Assembly: GCA_050741915.1 (NCBI GenBank) | Contig: JBOGEX010000126.1 | Coordinates: 10,668-74,667, forward strand | Origin: Acidimicrobiia bacterium | Lineage (GTDB): Bacteria > Actinomycetota > Acidimicrobiia > Spongiisociales > ZC4RG35 | Direction of reading: 5' to 3' | DNA: 64,000 nucleotides | In this document: one piece after another, positions 54,433-63,773 of the stretch | Numbering within the stretch: the first letter of the stretch is position 1 | Layout: every line of letters begins with the position of its first letter | Program-made: the position numbers and the translations under genes | Notes under the pieces: generated by a model | Told to the model about the DNA's origin: nothing | Database searches by the model: none | The model's input: only the letters and a program-made list of their open reading frames with translations

Positions 54433-55505
54433 TCAGCCAGAGCTCGTCAAACCGACTTTCCGTCGCCCTGGCCATCGCGGCCGCATTGCTGATCGGCGCC
54501 ATCGTGATCGCTCTCTCCGGTACCAACCCGGTGTTGGCTTATCGAGAGATGGTTGATGGCGCCTTGACCGGCTCCGGCCTTCGCAACACGTTGGCCCGAA
54601 TGATCCCGATTGTGGGAATGGGGCTGGCGCTCTCGATCCCGTTCCGCGCCGGAGTGATAAACCTGGGAGGTGAGGGTCAGATGGTGCTGGGCGGGCTGGC
54701 CGGGACTCTCGTTGCCATCTACCTCCCCGGCCCGCCGGCGCTAGCCATCGTGGCGGCGATTCTGGCGGGGGCTGTGGCCGGCTCTTTTTGGGCCTTTCTT
54801 GCGGCCGCCGGCCAGATCTGGCTCAAGCTGCCGATTTTGATCAGCTCGCTGCTTCTGGCCTATCCGGCCCGGGCGATCACCAGCTATCTGGTCCGCTTTC
54901 CTTTCGCCGACCCAACCGTCACTTCCTCCTCGACAGTCCCGGTGCCATTGCCCAACCGCATCCCCAAGCTCCCGCTGTTCGGAGGAATCTCGGCCAGCAT
55001 CATCCTGCTCGCTCTTTTCTTGATAGCGATTGCCGTCTTCAACCAGCGAACCGTGGCGGGCTATGAGACGAGGATGACAGGGTTCAACTCTCGCTTCTCG
55101 CGCTATGGGGGAGTGGGAGTCGACCGGCAGGTGATCTGGGTCATGATCGCTTCGGGGGCGATCAGCGGGGTGATCGGCACCCATCTGGTGGTCGGGGAAA
55201 CATATCGGTTCCTCGATGGCGACTTGGTTGTCTCTGGTTTCGCCTGGACCGGGTTGCTCGTCACGCTTCTGGCTGCCCATCGTCCCCTACCGATGCTGGC
55301 GGCAGGGGCGTTTTTTTCCGCCTTGCAGATCGGCGGTCTGGCTATGCAGCGGAATGTCAACGTTCCCTGGCAGATCGCTCTTGTCCTGCAGGCGGTGGTA
55401 ATCGTCATGCTCGCCGGTCGTTTCGTCCTCAGCTGGCGCCAGCGGGAGAAAGCCGACGAGGTTCCCATGGTGGAGGGGGAACTCACCGTGACGGGCGAGG
55501 TCTGA
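54429..55505 (+). CDS. ABC transporter permease (BMP-system permease 1)
   Basis: Polytopic 358-aa permease. GTGA overlap with the ATPase. Confidence 0.75.
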   Translation: MISQSSSNRLSVALAIAAALLIGAIVIALSGTNPVLAYREMVDGALTGSGLRNTLARMIPIVGMGLALSIPFRAGVINLGGEGQMVLGGLAGTLVAIYLPGPPALAIVAAILAGAVAGSFWAFLAAAGQIWLKLPILISSLLLAYPARAITSYLVRFPFADPTVTSSSTVPVPLPNRIPKLPLFGGISASIILLALFLIAIAVFNQRTVAGYETRMTGFNSRFSRYGGVGVDRQVIWVMIASGAISGVIGTHLVVGETYRFLDGDLVVSGFAWTGLLVTLLAAHRPLPMLAAGAFFSALQIGGLAMQRNVNVPWQIALVLQAVVIVMLAGRFVLSWRQREKADEVPMVEGELTVTGEV

Positions 55506-55512
55506 TGTAGAC

Positions 55513-56427
55513 ATGTTTGATCAGCTTTTCGACGGGGCGCTGCTCGAATCGGTGGTCCGAGCGCTGATACCGATTCTTTTGGCTGCCATCGGGGGGTTGG
55601 TGTGCGAGAGAGCCGGGGTCTTTCAGATCTCGCTAGAAGGAATGATGCTTGTCGGCGCATTTGTTGCCGTAGCCGGCTCCTACCTCGGGCAAAGCGCGTT
55701 GTTGGGAGTCACCATCGCCATGGTCGTAACCGCACTGTTCTCGCTCATCCTTGCGTACGGGGCAGTCAGCCGGCGAGGCGATCCGATCGTGCTGGGGGTG
55801 GCGGTGAACCTGCTCGCCCTCGGCTTGACGAGCTTCTTCTTGCCCCAGCTCTTCGGAGTCCGAGGAGTGTTGCAGCACCCACGGATCGACGGTCTCGATC
55901 AGTTCGGCGTTCCGATCCTGTCCGACATTCCCCTCGTTGGCCAGGCGCTGTTCAATCTCACGGTTCCGGCCTATATGGCACTTTTGGCGATACCGGTGAT
56001 CTGGGTGTTTCTTTTCCGCACTCCGATCGGTTTGCGCCTGCGCGGGGTGGGCGAACGACCGGCCTCGGCTGAGACCCTGGGAGTGAGTCCGACTCAGTAC
56101 AAATACGCAGCCGTGGTTTTCTCCGGTTTGGCGTGCGGTCTCGCCGGAGCGCAGCTGGCGCTGGGAAACGTGGTTCAGTTCGCCGAGAACATGAGCTCCG
56201 GACGGGGATGGATTGCGGTGGTGGCGGTCATGCTGGGTCGGGCCCATCCGGTCGGAGTGCTGGGCGCCAGCGCCCTTTTCGGACTCGCCGAAGGTTTGGG
56301 TTTTCGCCTGCAAGGAAACGGTCTTCCGGTCCAGATCACCGATGCGCTTCCTTATGTGGTCACGCTGATCGCCTTGGCCTTGGCCCGGAAGCGCTTCCAA
56401 AGGATCCTCGACCTGACCGCCGCCTAG
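55513..56427 (+). CDS. ABC transporter permease (BMP-system permease 2)
   Basis: Polytopic 304-aa permease. Confidence 0.75.
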   Translation: MFDQLFDGALLESVVRALIPILLAAIGGLVCERAGVFQISLEGMMLVGAFVAVAGSYLGQSALLGVTIAMVVTALFSLILAYGAVSRRGDPIVLGVAVNLLALGLTSFFLPQLFGVRGVLQHPRIDGLDQFGVPILSDIPLVGQALFNLTVPAYMALLAIPVIWVFLFRTPIGLRLRGVGERPASAETLGVSPTQYKYAAVVFSGLACGLAGAQLALGNVVQFAENMSSGRGWIAVVAVMLGRAHPVGVLGASALFGLAEGLGFRLQGNGLPVQITDALPYVVTLIALALARKRFQRILDLTAA

Positions 56428-56436
56428 AGCGGATTA

Positions 56437-56497
56437 TTGAGAAACCCTGGGTTTTTACCGTCGTACAGCGACGGTTCCAGCCCATAGATTCTCATTT
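56437..56497 (-). repeat. About 62-bp palindromic element, copy 4 of 4
   Basis: GAGAAACCCTGGGTTTTTACCGTCGTACAGCGACGGTTCCAGCCCATAGATTCTCATTTCG. It contains the TAA stop (56455-57) and the last 8 codons of the minus-strand gene. Perfect 7-bp inner stem ACCGTCG/CGACGGT. Confidence 0.7.
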
Positions 56498-57042
56498 CGC
56501 CCCCAGATCAGGAGCGAGGCGGCCGCGGCCAGGTGCCAGAAACCGTGTCCCTGCCAGAGGGAGTCGGGCACACACCAGGGCCACCCGGTGCGGGAAAGGG
56601 TGCCGACTACCGCTCCCAGACCGAGCAGGGCTACCGCTCCGAGGGTGGTCTGGCGTCTGCTCCTCAATATCAAGCCAACCGTTCCGGCGGCGAGCATTGC
56701 CTGGGACGGATCGGCGAGGACAGGCGTCAACGCCAGGAGGGAACCGACAAGAAAGGTCGCCGGCCAGAGGCGGCGCCGGCCGATCTCGCTCAGAATTACC
56801 CACATCAGCATCCAGACGATGCTCAGGTCATGAGCGAACTCCCCCCACGGAGGCATGGGACCATGAAAAGCGATCGAACCCACTCCGACCCCGGCGATGA
56901 GGGCGCTGGTGGGAAGGCTGGCACCACGGAGATAGACGACTACGGCGGCGAGTAGAAATCCGAAGGCGGTGGCGGTGTTGACCGGTTGCCCCCACCAGCT
57001 TTCGAGGATCCGCTCGCAGTCAACTGCCGCTCCGGTGAGCAC
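56455..57042 (-). CDS. Hypothetical integral membrane protein
   Basis: 195 aa with 5-6 predicted TM helices; no family recognised. Confidence 0.4.
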   Translation of the reverse strand: MLTGAAVDCERILESWWGQPVNTATAFGFLLAAVVVYLRGASLPTSALIAGVGVGSIAFHGPMPPWGEFAHDLSIVWMLMWVILSEIGRRRLWPATFLVGSLLALTPVLADPSQAMLAAGTVGLILRSRRQTTLGAVALLGLGAVVGTLSRTGWPWCVPDSLWQGHGFWHLAAAASLLIWGRNENLWAGTVAVRR

Positions 57043-57527
57043 TAGCCGGCAACAGGCTCGCTCTTGGCGATTAGATAACCCTCGGCCCTTTCTCCGAGTT
57101 CGTAACGTCCCACGATGGCGTTGAAAGCGGCGCTGTGTCCCGGCACCGCCAGATGAGCGAGTTCATGGACGATGACGTAATCGAGCACCCAGGCAGGCAT
57201 GTTGACGAGCCGGCTCGAGATACGCACCGACCGGTCGGAGAAGGTACACGATCCCCATCGCTCCAACTGGCGGTCCGACCACTCGATCCGGCGCGGTGTT
57301 GGCAGGTCGTATTGTTCGGCCAGGCAGCGCGCACGCGCGGTCAAATCGATTGAGCACGCCTCCGTCTTGCGGGTAAGCCGGGCAACCATCCGCTCGACGT
57401 GCTGTCGCTCCTCCTCCGGTCTAAGCCCGGCCGGGACCAGGACCCGGATACGACCCTCGACAAACGACGCTTGAATCGTGCGCTTGCGGCGGGTGCTGCG
57501 AATCACTTCGACCACCGGTTCGGACAT
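57042..57527 (-). CDS. M48-family metallopeptidase, YgjP/DUF45-like
   Basis: Zinc-binding motif HELAHL. 161 aa. Confidence 0.7.
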   Translation of the reverse strand: MSEPVVEVIRSTRRKRTIQASFVEGRIRVLVPAGLRPEEERQHVERMVARLTRKTEACSIDLTARARCLAEQYDLPTPRRIEWSDRQLERWGSCTFSDRSVRISSRLVNMPAWVLDYVIVHELAHLAVPGHSAAFNAIVGRYELGERAEGYLIAKSEPVAG

Positions 57528-57540
57528 GCGGGCATCGTAC

Positions 57541-57567
57541 GTGGAGGGGCTGACAAAACCCCTCCAC
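57541..57567 (+). promoter_or_regulatory. GC-rich 9-bp-stem hairpin in a divergent intergenic region
   Basis: GTGGAGGGG-ctgacaaaa-CCCCTCCAC lies 14 bp upstream of the M48 peptidase start. Confidence 0.4.
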
Positions 57568-57582
57568 TAGGGTTGAGCGGCG

Positions 57583-58422
57583 ATGGAGCGTCGCTTTCTG
57601 GTCGCCCGCAACTCCGATCCGGTCTCGACTCTTCCCTTCCTGGTCCGGATCCCGATCGGCCCTCAGGGTCTCGTGTTGCGAGTCCGGGAGACTTGGCCGA
57701 GAACCGCCAAGGTCTACTGCTACCGGGCCAACGATCCCTGGCCGTCCTCACCAGAGCTGGTCGATGACGTCGGCGTCAAATCCTGCCAGCGGCGCGGGGT
57801 GGCCATCGACTTGGTTCTCGACCGAGCTCGTGAGAACCGCAGCCAGTTCGTATTCACCCGTCTCAAAGCTGGGAGAGAGGCGATCTTTTGGCAGTCGGCC
57901 CGCACCACCGCCAAGTCCCGGCCCGGCGTTCGAGTCCCCGGCCGCCGGGCCTCGTGGCTCAAGGATTTCACGATCACGATCGACACTCGGGAGAGGTACC
58001 CATACCGATTCGCCAAGCAAAAGGTCACCGTCGCCCGGGCGGCGCTCCCGATCGGCGACTATGGCGTCTCGATCGAAGAGCGATTCATCGCAGTGGTGGA
58101 GAGGAAGAGCATGGCCGATCTCTCGGCCGGGCTATCCGACGGCGGCCTCGTCTTTCAGATGGCTGAGCTTGCGACCTACCCCAGCGCCGCGGTCGTGGTC
58201 GAAGACCGCTACGCCGCCGTCTTTAGGAATCAGTACATGCCGAGCGGGGCCCTGGCCGATCTTCTTGCGCGCCTGCAGGTTCGCTACCCGAGTGTTCCGG
58301 TGGCCTTCTGCGACACCCGTCCGCTGGCCGAAGAATGGACCTTCCGCTTCTTGGGAGCGGCGGCCGCCTCCTACCTCGAGCAGCCCACGGATCCCACCGC
58401 GCCCCGGATCTGGATCGATTGA
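57583..58422 (+). CDS. ERCC4-type nuclease-domain protein (XPF/Mus81-like catalytic motif) with an uncharacterised N-terminal domain
   Basis: ITIDTRERYPYRF...LPIGDYGVS...RFIAVVERKSMADL matches the GDxn-ERKxxxD ERCC4 nuclease signature. Confidence 0.55.
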   Translation: MERRFLVARNSDPVSTLPFLVRIPIGPQGLVLRVRETWPRTAKVYCYRANDPWPSSPELVDDVGVKSCQRRGVAIDLVLDRARENRSQFVFTRLKAGREAIFWQSARTTAKSRPGVRVPGRRASWLKDFTITIDTRERYPYRFAKQKVTVARAALPIGDYGVSIEERFIAVVERKSMADLSAGLSDGGLVFQMAELATYPSAAVVVEDRYAAVFRNQYMPSGALADLLARLQVRYPSVPVAFCDTRPLAEEWTFRFLGAAAASYLEQPTDPTAPRIWID

Positions 58423-58447
58423 CTCTCCCGGGGGACAGCCTGGCGGG

Positions 58448-59743
58448 CTAGCTGCTGGCCACCCGGTCGACGGCCCGGGACAGTTTCTCAAAACCCTCAT
58501 CGGCTTCTTCCTCAGTGAGAGATAAGGGAGGAGCCAGGCGGAGGGTGTTGCCGTAGAGGCCGCCCTTTCCTATCAAAAGACCTTCCTTTTTGGCCGCTTC
58601 CATCACCGCCGCTGCCGCTGCTGGGTCCGGATCGCGGGAACCCTTCTTCACCAACTCCACCCCCAGCATGAGGCCCTTGCCTCGCACCTCGGCGATGATC
58701 TCCGACCTCTCAGCCAGGCCATCGAGGTTCGACTTGAGCCGGTTACCAACCTTGTAGGCATTGGTCTGGAGATCGTGCTCGATCAGGTAGTCGAGGTTGG
58801 CGAGACCGGCCGCGGTGGAGAGGGGATTGCCGCCAAAGGTCGAGATGGAATTGGCCGGGAGCGAGTCCATAAGCTGAGCCGAGGCCACTACTCCGGCCAG
58901 CGCCATCCCGTTGCCGAGCCCCTTGGCAAACGTGAGCAAGTCGGGGGTGATGCCATGTGCCTGGTATCCCCAGAAGTGTTCGCCCGTACGGCCCCAGCCC
59001 GTTTGCACTTCGTCGGAGATGAAGAGGATGCCGTGACGATCAAGGGTTTCCTTGAAGGCGGCGAAGAATCCATCGGGTGGGGTGGCGAAGCCGCCCACAC
59101 CCTGAATCGGCTCGGCGATCATGCAGGCAACGTCTCCGGCAGTGGCGACCTCGAGCAGGTTCTCTAGATCGGCTTGGCATGCGGCGATGAACTCGTCATC
59201 GGGTAGGTGGCCGTAGGGGCTCCGCAGTTTGTACGGACCCTGGACGTAGGTGACATTGAACGGCGAGTTGGAGGTGGCCGACCAACTTCGCTGGCCAGTG
59301 ATCGCAACCGTGGAGTGGGACTTGCCGTGATAGCTCCCGCGGATGGCCAACACCTGATTCGAACGCCGGTACTGGGTGGCGATCATCAGAGCGGCGTCGT
59401 TGGCTTCGGTGCCCGAGTTGGTGAAGAACACCTTGGCGTCGGGAAAACCTGAGAGCTCGGCGATCCTCTCCGCCAGGGAGATCTGATTCTCGATCAGATA
59501 CAAGGTCGAGCTATGCAGCATCTTTCCCGCCTGTTCCTGAATGGCGCGGACCACTTCGGGCACGTTGTACCCGGTCATGGTCGTGAGGATGCCTCCGAAG
59601 AAGTCGAGGTACTCGTTGCCCTCGGCGTCGCGGACCCGACGCCCGTCTCCTTCCACCAGGGCGATTGGCTCGTGGTAGTAGAGGACCATCCACTTGGGCA
59701 GGACCTTCTGATGGCGGCTGTGCAGTTCGGCGTGCGTGCCCAC
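58448..59743 (-). CDS. Class III (omega-) aminotransferase
   Basis: 431 aa. PLP-Lys region ...LLTFAKGLGNG... and typical family motifs (DEVQTGWGRTG). Confidence 0.8.
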   Translation of the reverse strand: MGTHAELHSRHQKVLPKWMVLYYHEPIALVEGDGRRVRDAEGNEYLDFFGGILTTMTGYNVPEVVRAIQEQAGKMLHSSTLYLIENQISLAERIAELSGFPDAKVFFTNSGTEANDAALMIATQYRRSNQVLAIRGSYHGKSHSTVAITGQRSWSATSNSPFNVTYVQGPYKLRSPYGHLPDDEFIAACQADLENLLEVATAGDVACMIAEPIQGVGGFATPPDGFFAAFKETLDRHGILFISDEVQTGWGRTGEHFWGYQAHGITPDLLTFAKGLGNGMALAGVVASAQLMDSLPANSISTFGGNPLSTAAGLANLDYLIEHDLQTNAYKVGNRLKSNLDGLAERSEIIAEVRGKGLMLGVELVKKGSRDPDPAAAAAVMEAAKKEGLLIGKGGLYGNTLRLAPPLSLTEEEADEGFEKLSRAVDRVASS

Positions 59744-59802
59744 AAGGCTCCTCGGGTAATTGTGAACGGCAACGCTAGCTTCGGCGTCTATACAGTGACT
59801 AG

Positions 59803-60486
59803 GTGAAGAAGTCAGGCTGGATCGGACCCTTTCTCTCTATCGTGGTCCTTGCCTGCAGCGAGACCACTCCTCCCACCACCTCCATCTCGCCAGCCACCAC
59901 CATCGTGACGCCGTCATCCACGGACGCTGTCACCACCACTTCCTCGAGTCTTGCGGCCGCGCCTTGGGCGGCAGCGCCGCTTACGGCTGCAGACGTCGGG
60001 GTCCTCGCTGCCGAGTGGGAAGAAGCCGAGAACCAGGCTTCGTGCGCGGCGCTGGCGCCGAGCGGGGGCATCGCCGGGGCTACGCCGCGGGCGGCCAACT
60101 TCTCCGGCGGATGGGCCGTGGCCTGGGACGCCCCCGACGGACCAGGGATGGCGGCGGATGGCACATTCTGCGAGGACTGTGGACGCTCGGCAGTGGGAGT
60201 AGCAGGGGCCGGGGTGGCGGCAGTCGAAGCCGACGTTCGAGCCTGGCCCAACGTGATCGAATGGAATGACAGAAGTTTGGCGGGTTATGGCGTCGAGGGC
60301 TCGGTCGCGGGGTCGCTCGATCCCGCCGCGACGTCAAACAGCGATTCGCCGACCGTGCTCGCATACCTGGCGGTCACCGGTCAGGACTGCCTCTACAGCA
60401 TCTGGTCACGGCGAGGCGAAACCGAGCTCCTCGATGTCATCAATCGCCTTCGCTTCGTTTCGGGCCTCGGGTCACCGGCCGGGTAG
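59803..60486 (+). CDS. Hypothetical lipoprotein
   Basis: GTG start; lipobox SIVVLAC; Thr/Ser/Pro-rich linker. Confidence 0.45.
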   Translation: MKKSGWIGPFLSIVVLACSETTPPTTSISPATTIVTPSSTDAVTTTSSSLAAAPWAAAPLTAADVGVLAAEWEEAENQASCAALAPSGGIAGATPRAANFSGGWAVAWDAPDGPGMAADGTFCEDCGRSAVGVAGAGVAAVEADVRAWPNVIEWNDRSLAGYGVEGSVAGSLDPAATSNSDSPTVLAYLAVTGQDCLYSIWSRRGETELLDVINRLRFVSGLGSPAG

Positions 60487-60852
60487 ATGTTGGGCCCAGT
60501 CGCCATCCAGCGCTGGGAAGGGGCGTTCCTGCTGGCCTTGGCGATCTATGGCTTCTCGCAAAGTGAATGGTCTTGGTGGTGGTTCGGCCTCTTGTTTCTC
60601 ATCCCCGATCTGTCGATGGTTGGATACGTCGCCAACCCCACGGTCGGCGCGATGACTTACAACCTCGGCCACACCTTCGTCTTTCCCGGCCTGATCCTGG
60701 GTTGGTATCTCCTGGGCGGGCCGCTGGCCGCTCTCGCCATCGGCTCGATCTGGCTGGCTCACATCGGCTTTGACCGCTTACTTGGCTACGGCCTCAAGTT
60801 TCGCGACGGCTTCACCTCGACCCATCTCGGCGAGATCGGTCGCCGGCTTTAG
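60487..60852 (+). CDS. DUF4260-family small membrane protein
   Basis: 121 aa with 4 TM helices and a Trp-rich stretch (SEWSWWWFGLLFL). Confidence 0.55.
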   Translation: MLGPVAIQRWEGAFLLALAIYGFSQSEWSWWWFGLLFLIPDLSMVGYVANPTVGAMTYNLGHTFVFPGLILGWYLLGGPLAALAIGSIWLAHIGFDRLLGYGLKFRDGFTSTHLGEIGRRL

Positions 60853-60876
60853 GACCGGTGAAACCAACAGCACCCC

Positions 60877-60986
60877 CAAATTCGGTCACCCACGCCCGGT
60901 TTCTGGCTTATTCGGTCACTGGCGAACGAGCCGCCGGGCGCCAGTGACCGAATTTGCCGAGAAGCGTTCGTCAGTGACCGAATTAG
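60877..60986 (+). repeat. Nested inverted-repeat element built from the ATTCGGTCAC motif
   Basis: Inner perfect 15-bp inverted repeat ATTCGGTCACTGGCG (60910-60924) / CGCCAGTGACCGAAT (60939-60953). Outer arms CAAATTCGGTCAC (60877-60889) / CAGTGACCGAATT (60973-60985). Direct copies are spaced about 33 bp apart. Shares CAAATTCGGT with 41343-41396. Confidence 0.65.
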
Positions 60987-61825
60987 GGGGCGGTCAGATC
61001 TCCGTAAGCGTCGGGGCGTCGGTCGCGATAGAAGGCCCAGGTCTTGCGGACCTCTTCGACCATGTCGAGATCGAGGTCGCGGATGATCAACTCCTCATCG
61101 GTGTCGGAAGCCGCCTCTCCCACCTTCTGGCCGCGGGGATCGACGAAGTACGAAGACCCGTAGAAGTCGTTGTCCCCCAACGGTTCTTGTCCGACCCGGT
61201 TGATCGCACCGATGAAGTACTCGTTGGCGACTGCCGCGGCGGGTTGTTCGAGGTTCCAGAGATACATCGACAACCCCCGGCTCGTGGCCGAGGGGTTGAA
61301 GACGATCTTGGCCCCCTTGAGGCCGAGCGCTCGCCATCCCTCCGGAAAATGGCGGTCATAACAGATGTAGACCCCGATCCTCCCCACCTTGGTGTCGAAG
61401 ATCGGATACCCGGTGTTACCGGGACGGAAGTAGAACTTCTCCCAGAAACCCTTGACGTGAGGGATGTGGGTCTTGCGGTATTTGCCTAGGTAAATGCCAT
61501 CGGCGTCGATCACGGCCGCGGTGTTGTAGTAGAAGCCTTCCTGTTCCATCTCGAACATCGGCAGCACCAAGACCATGCCGGTCTCTTTGGCAAGAGCCTG
61601 CATGGCCTTGGTGGTAGGTCCGGCGGGAATGGGCTCGGCGTCGTCGAAGTGCTCGTTCTCCTGCACCTGGCAGAAGTATGGGCTGTAGAAGACCTCTTGA
61701 AAGCACATGACCTCCGCACCCTGCTCGGCGGCCTGGCGGGCGTAGTCCTCGTGCTTTTTGATCATCGAGTCCTTGTCGCCCGTCCATTCCGTCTGCAGCA
61801 GGGCCGCTCGAACAACGTCGCCCAC
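60983..61825 (-). CDS. Carbon-nitrogen hydrolase (nitrilase superfamily; beta-ureidopropionase / N-carbamoyl amidase-like)
   Basis: GTG 61825 with RBS GAAGGAGG. VVRAALLQTEW N-terminus and the Glu-Lys-Cys triad context (CYDRHFPE). Confidence 0.75.
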   Translation of the reverse strand: MGDVVRAALLQTEWTGDKDSMIKKHEDYARQAAEQGAEVMCFQEVFYSPYFCQVQENEHFDDAEPIPAGPTTKAMQALAKETGMVLVLPMFEMEQEGFYYNTAAVIDADGIYLGKYRKTHIPHVKGFWEKFYFRPGNTGYPIFDTKVGRIGVYICYDRHFPEGWRALGLKGAKIVFNPSATSRGLSMYLWNLEQPAAAVANEYFIGAINRVGQEPLGDNDFYGSSYFVDPRGQKVGEAASDTDEELIIRDLDLDMVEEVRKTWAFYRDRRPDAYGDLTAP

Positions 61826-62940
61826 TATTCGCCTCCTTCGTTGAGGGTGATGGTGGCCTTTTCGAAGCCATCGCCAGTGACGGCAATACCTTCCCCTTCG
61901 AGGTCCGCAACTGCAGCGGCGGCAAGATCGGAGCGGAAGGCCTCGGCTCCGGGGTCGGCGCCGATCACCCCCTCGCTCACCGCCACCTCGACCGTTTGTG
62001 CCCACAGGGCTTCATCCATCACTCCGATGCCGGCGGGCGAGGGCCAGATCAAGGCGTTGATCTCGTTCATCTGCCAGGCCTGATGGCTCGGGCCCAACGT
62101 GGAGCCGCGGTCGAGCACGATCTGGACGCAATCGTCGGGGTTGTCACGGCAGAAGATCCAGCCCCGGAATGAGGCCCGGAGGAATGCGGAAGCGGTCTCC
62201 TCGTTGTCGGCCAGCCAGCCAGCGTCGACCCAGATGGCATCCTGGAGCATGGCGGTCCCAATCTCGGGATCGTTGAAGTCGATCACTGCCAGGTCTGCGG
62301 GGGTATAGAGCTCGCCGGTGTCGGGGTTGACCGCCTCGAGCACCTGGGCGTATTCGTTGTAAGTCATCGCCTGGGCGGCGTCGATCTCGCGGTTGAGCAA
62401 GAGCGACATGTCAAATGGTTGCTGCACGACTTCCCCGGGGGTGACCCCGAACTTCTCGAAGGCGGCGGTGAGCTCGAACTCGTTCCCAAAACCCCAGGTT
62501 CCGACCCGCATTCCTTCCCAGTCCTCGGGGGTGGTGATGCCGGAGTCCGCCCAGGAGACTTCGAGCGTTCCCGAGCGCTGGAAGACCTGGCCGATGTTGA
62601 CGAGGTCGGCGCCCTCTTCACGAGAAACCAAGGCTTTTGGCACCCACGCCAGGCCGAACTCGGCGCCGCCGGCGGCGACGACCTGCTGGGGAACGATGTC
62701 GACGGCTCCTTCGAGGATCGTCACATCAAGGCCCTCGCCGGTATAGAAGCCCTGCTCGATGGCGGCGAAATAGCCGGCGAACTGCGCCTGTGTCACCCAT
62801 TGCAGCTGCAGCCGCACCGGTATCAGCTCACCGGTGGTGACCACAGGGGCGGCGGTGGTGGTCGCACCCGAACCACCCCCACAAGCGGCCAGCAACATCG
62901 CCGCCAGCAACAGCAATATCAGAACTGAACGATGCTTCAT
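61825..62940 (-). CDS. ABC transporter substrate-binding protein (NMT1/SsuA/TauA-like)
   Basis: ATG 62940 with RBS GGAGGAG. Lipoprotein signal LLLLAAMLLAACGGG. Confidence 0.7.
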   Translation of the reverse strand: MKHRSVLILLLLAAMLLAACGGGSGATTTAAPVVTTGELIPVRLQLQWVTQAQFAGYFAAIEQGFYTGEGLDVTILEGAVDIVPQQVVAAGGAEFGLAWVPKALVSREEGADLVNIGQVFQRSGTLEVSWADSGITTPEDWEGMRVGTWGFGNEFELTAAFEKFGVTPGEVVQQPFDMSLLLNREIDAAQAMTYNEYAQVLEAVNPDTGELYTPADLAVIDFNDPEIGTAMLQDAIWVDAGWLADNEETASAFLRASFRGWIFCRDNPDDCVQIVLDRGSTLGPSHQAWQMNEINALIWPSPAGIGVMDEALWAQTVEVAVSEGVIGADPGAEAFRSDLAAAAVADLEGEGIAVTGDGFEKATITLNEGGE

Positions 62941-62996
62941 GTGTCTCCTCCATGAGAGCCGGGTTGATCCCAACTCGTAGGCCGCAATTTAGGAGA

Positions 62997-63773
62997 TCAG
63001 GCGGGAGTCAGTCTCCGCGCCGGAGGCCAGGGAATGAGAATTCTTTCCGCGCCCATCACCAGCAGCTGGAGGGCGGCGCCGAGGAGGGTGGCGACGACGA
63101 TCCCCGCCCAGGCCTCGGCCATCCTGGTCAGACCAGCTTGCTGGGAGATGTAGACCCCGAGAGCATCCCGGGAACCTCCGAAATACTCCGTCACCACCGC
63201 CCCGATGAGAGAGAGGGCAACTGCCACTCGCAGGGCGGAGAGCAAGTAGGGGAGAGCATTGGGCAGTCGCACTTTCCAGAGAGTGGTGAAGTCGGGGGCG
63301 GCCAAGGAGTTCATCAGTTCGACCTTGGCCCCACCGACATCGGCGAGACCTCGCACCATGTTGATCATCACTGGGAAGAAGACCATCACCGCCACCACGG
63401 CCATCTTCGACACGGGGTTCGTGATCCCGAACCACTGATTCGTGATCGGGGCCAGAGCGATGATTGGGGCCGAGCCGGCGGCCACCGCCAGCGGCTGCAC
63501 GCCCGCTCGGATGGCCGTCCAGCGGGCGACGGCGAATGCAACAGCTATGCCGAGGATCGTTCCGCCCACCAGTCCTCCGAGTGCCTCCCGCAGGGTGAAC
63601 AAGCCTGCTGGCCACACAATCGGCCATTCCTCGGCCACCGTGCGCACGATATCTGAGGGAGGCGGGAGGAGGAAACCCTGAATTCCGGCGGCGCGGACGA
63701 AGAACTCCCAGGCAGCCAGCACGGCGACGAAAACAACTGCCGGCGCCAGATAGCGACGGAGGATCCGATTCAC
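62997..63773 (-). CDS. ABC transporter permease (SsuC/TauC-like)
   Basis: 258-aa MetI-like permease. Confidence 0.75.
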   Translation of the reverse strand: MNRILRRYLAPAVVFVAVLAAWEFFVRAAGIQGFLLPPPSDIVRTVAEEWPIVWPAGLFTLREALGGLVGGTILGIAVAFAVARWTAIRAGVQPLAVAAGSAPIIALAPITNQWFGITNPVSKMAVVAVMVFFPVMINMVRGLADVGGAKVELMNSLAAPDFTTLWKVRLPNALPYLLSALRVAVALSLIGAVVTEYFGGSRDALGVYISQQAGLTRMAEAWAGIVVATLLGAALQLLVMGAERILIPWPPARRLTPA

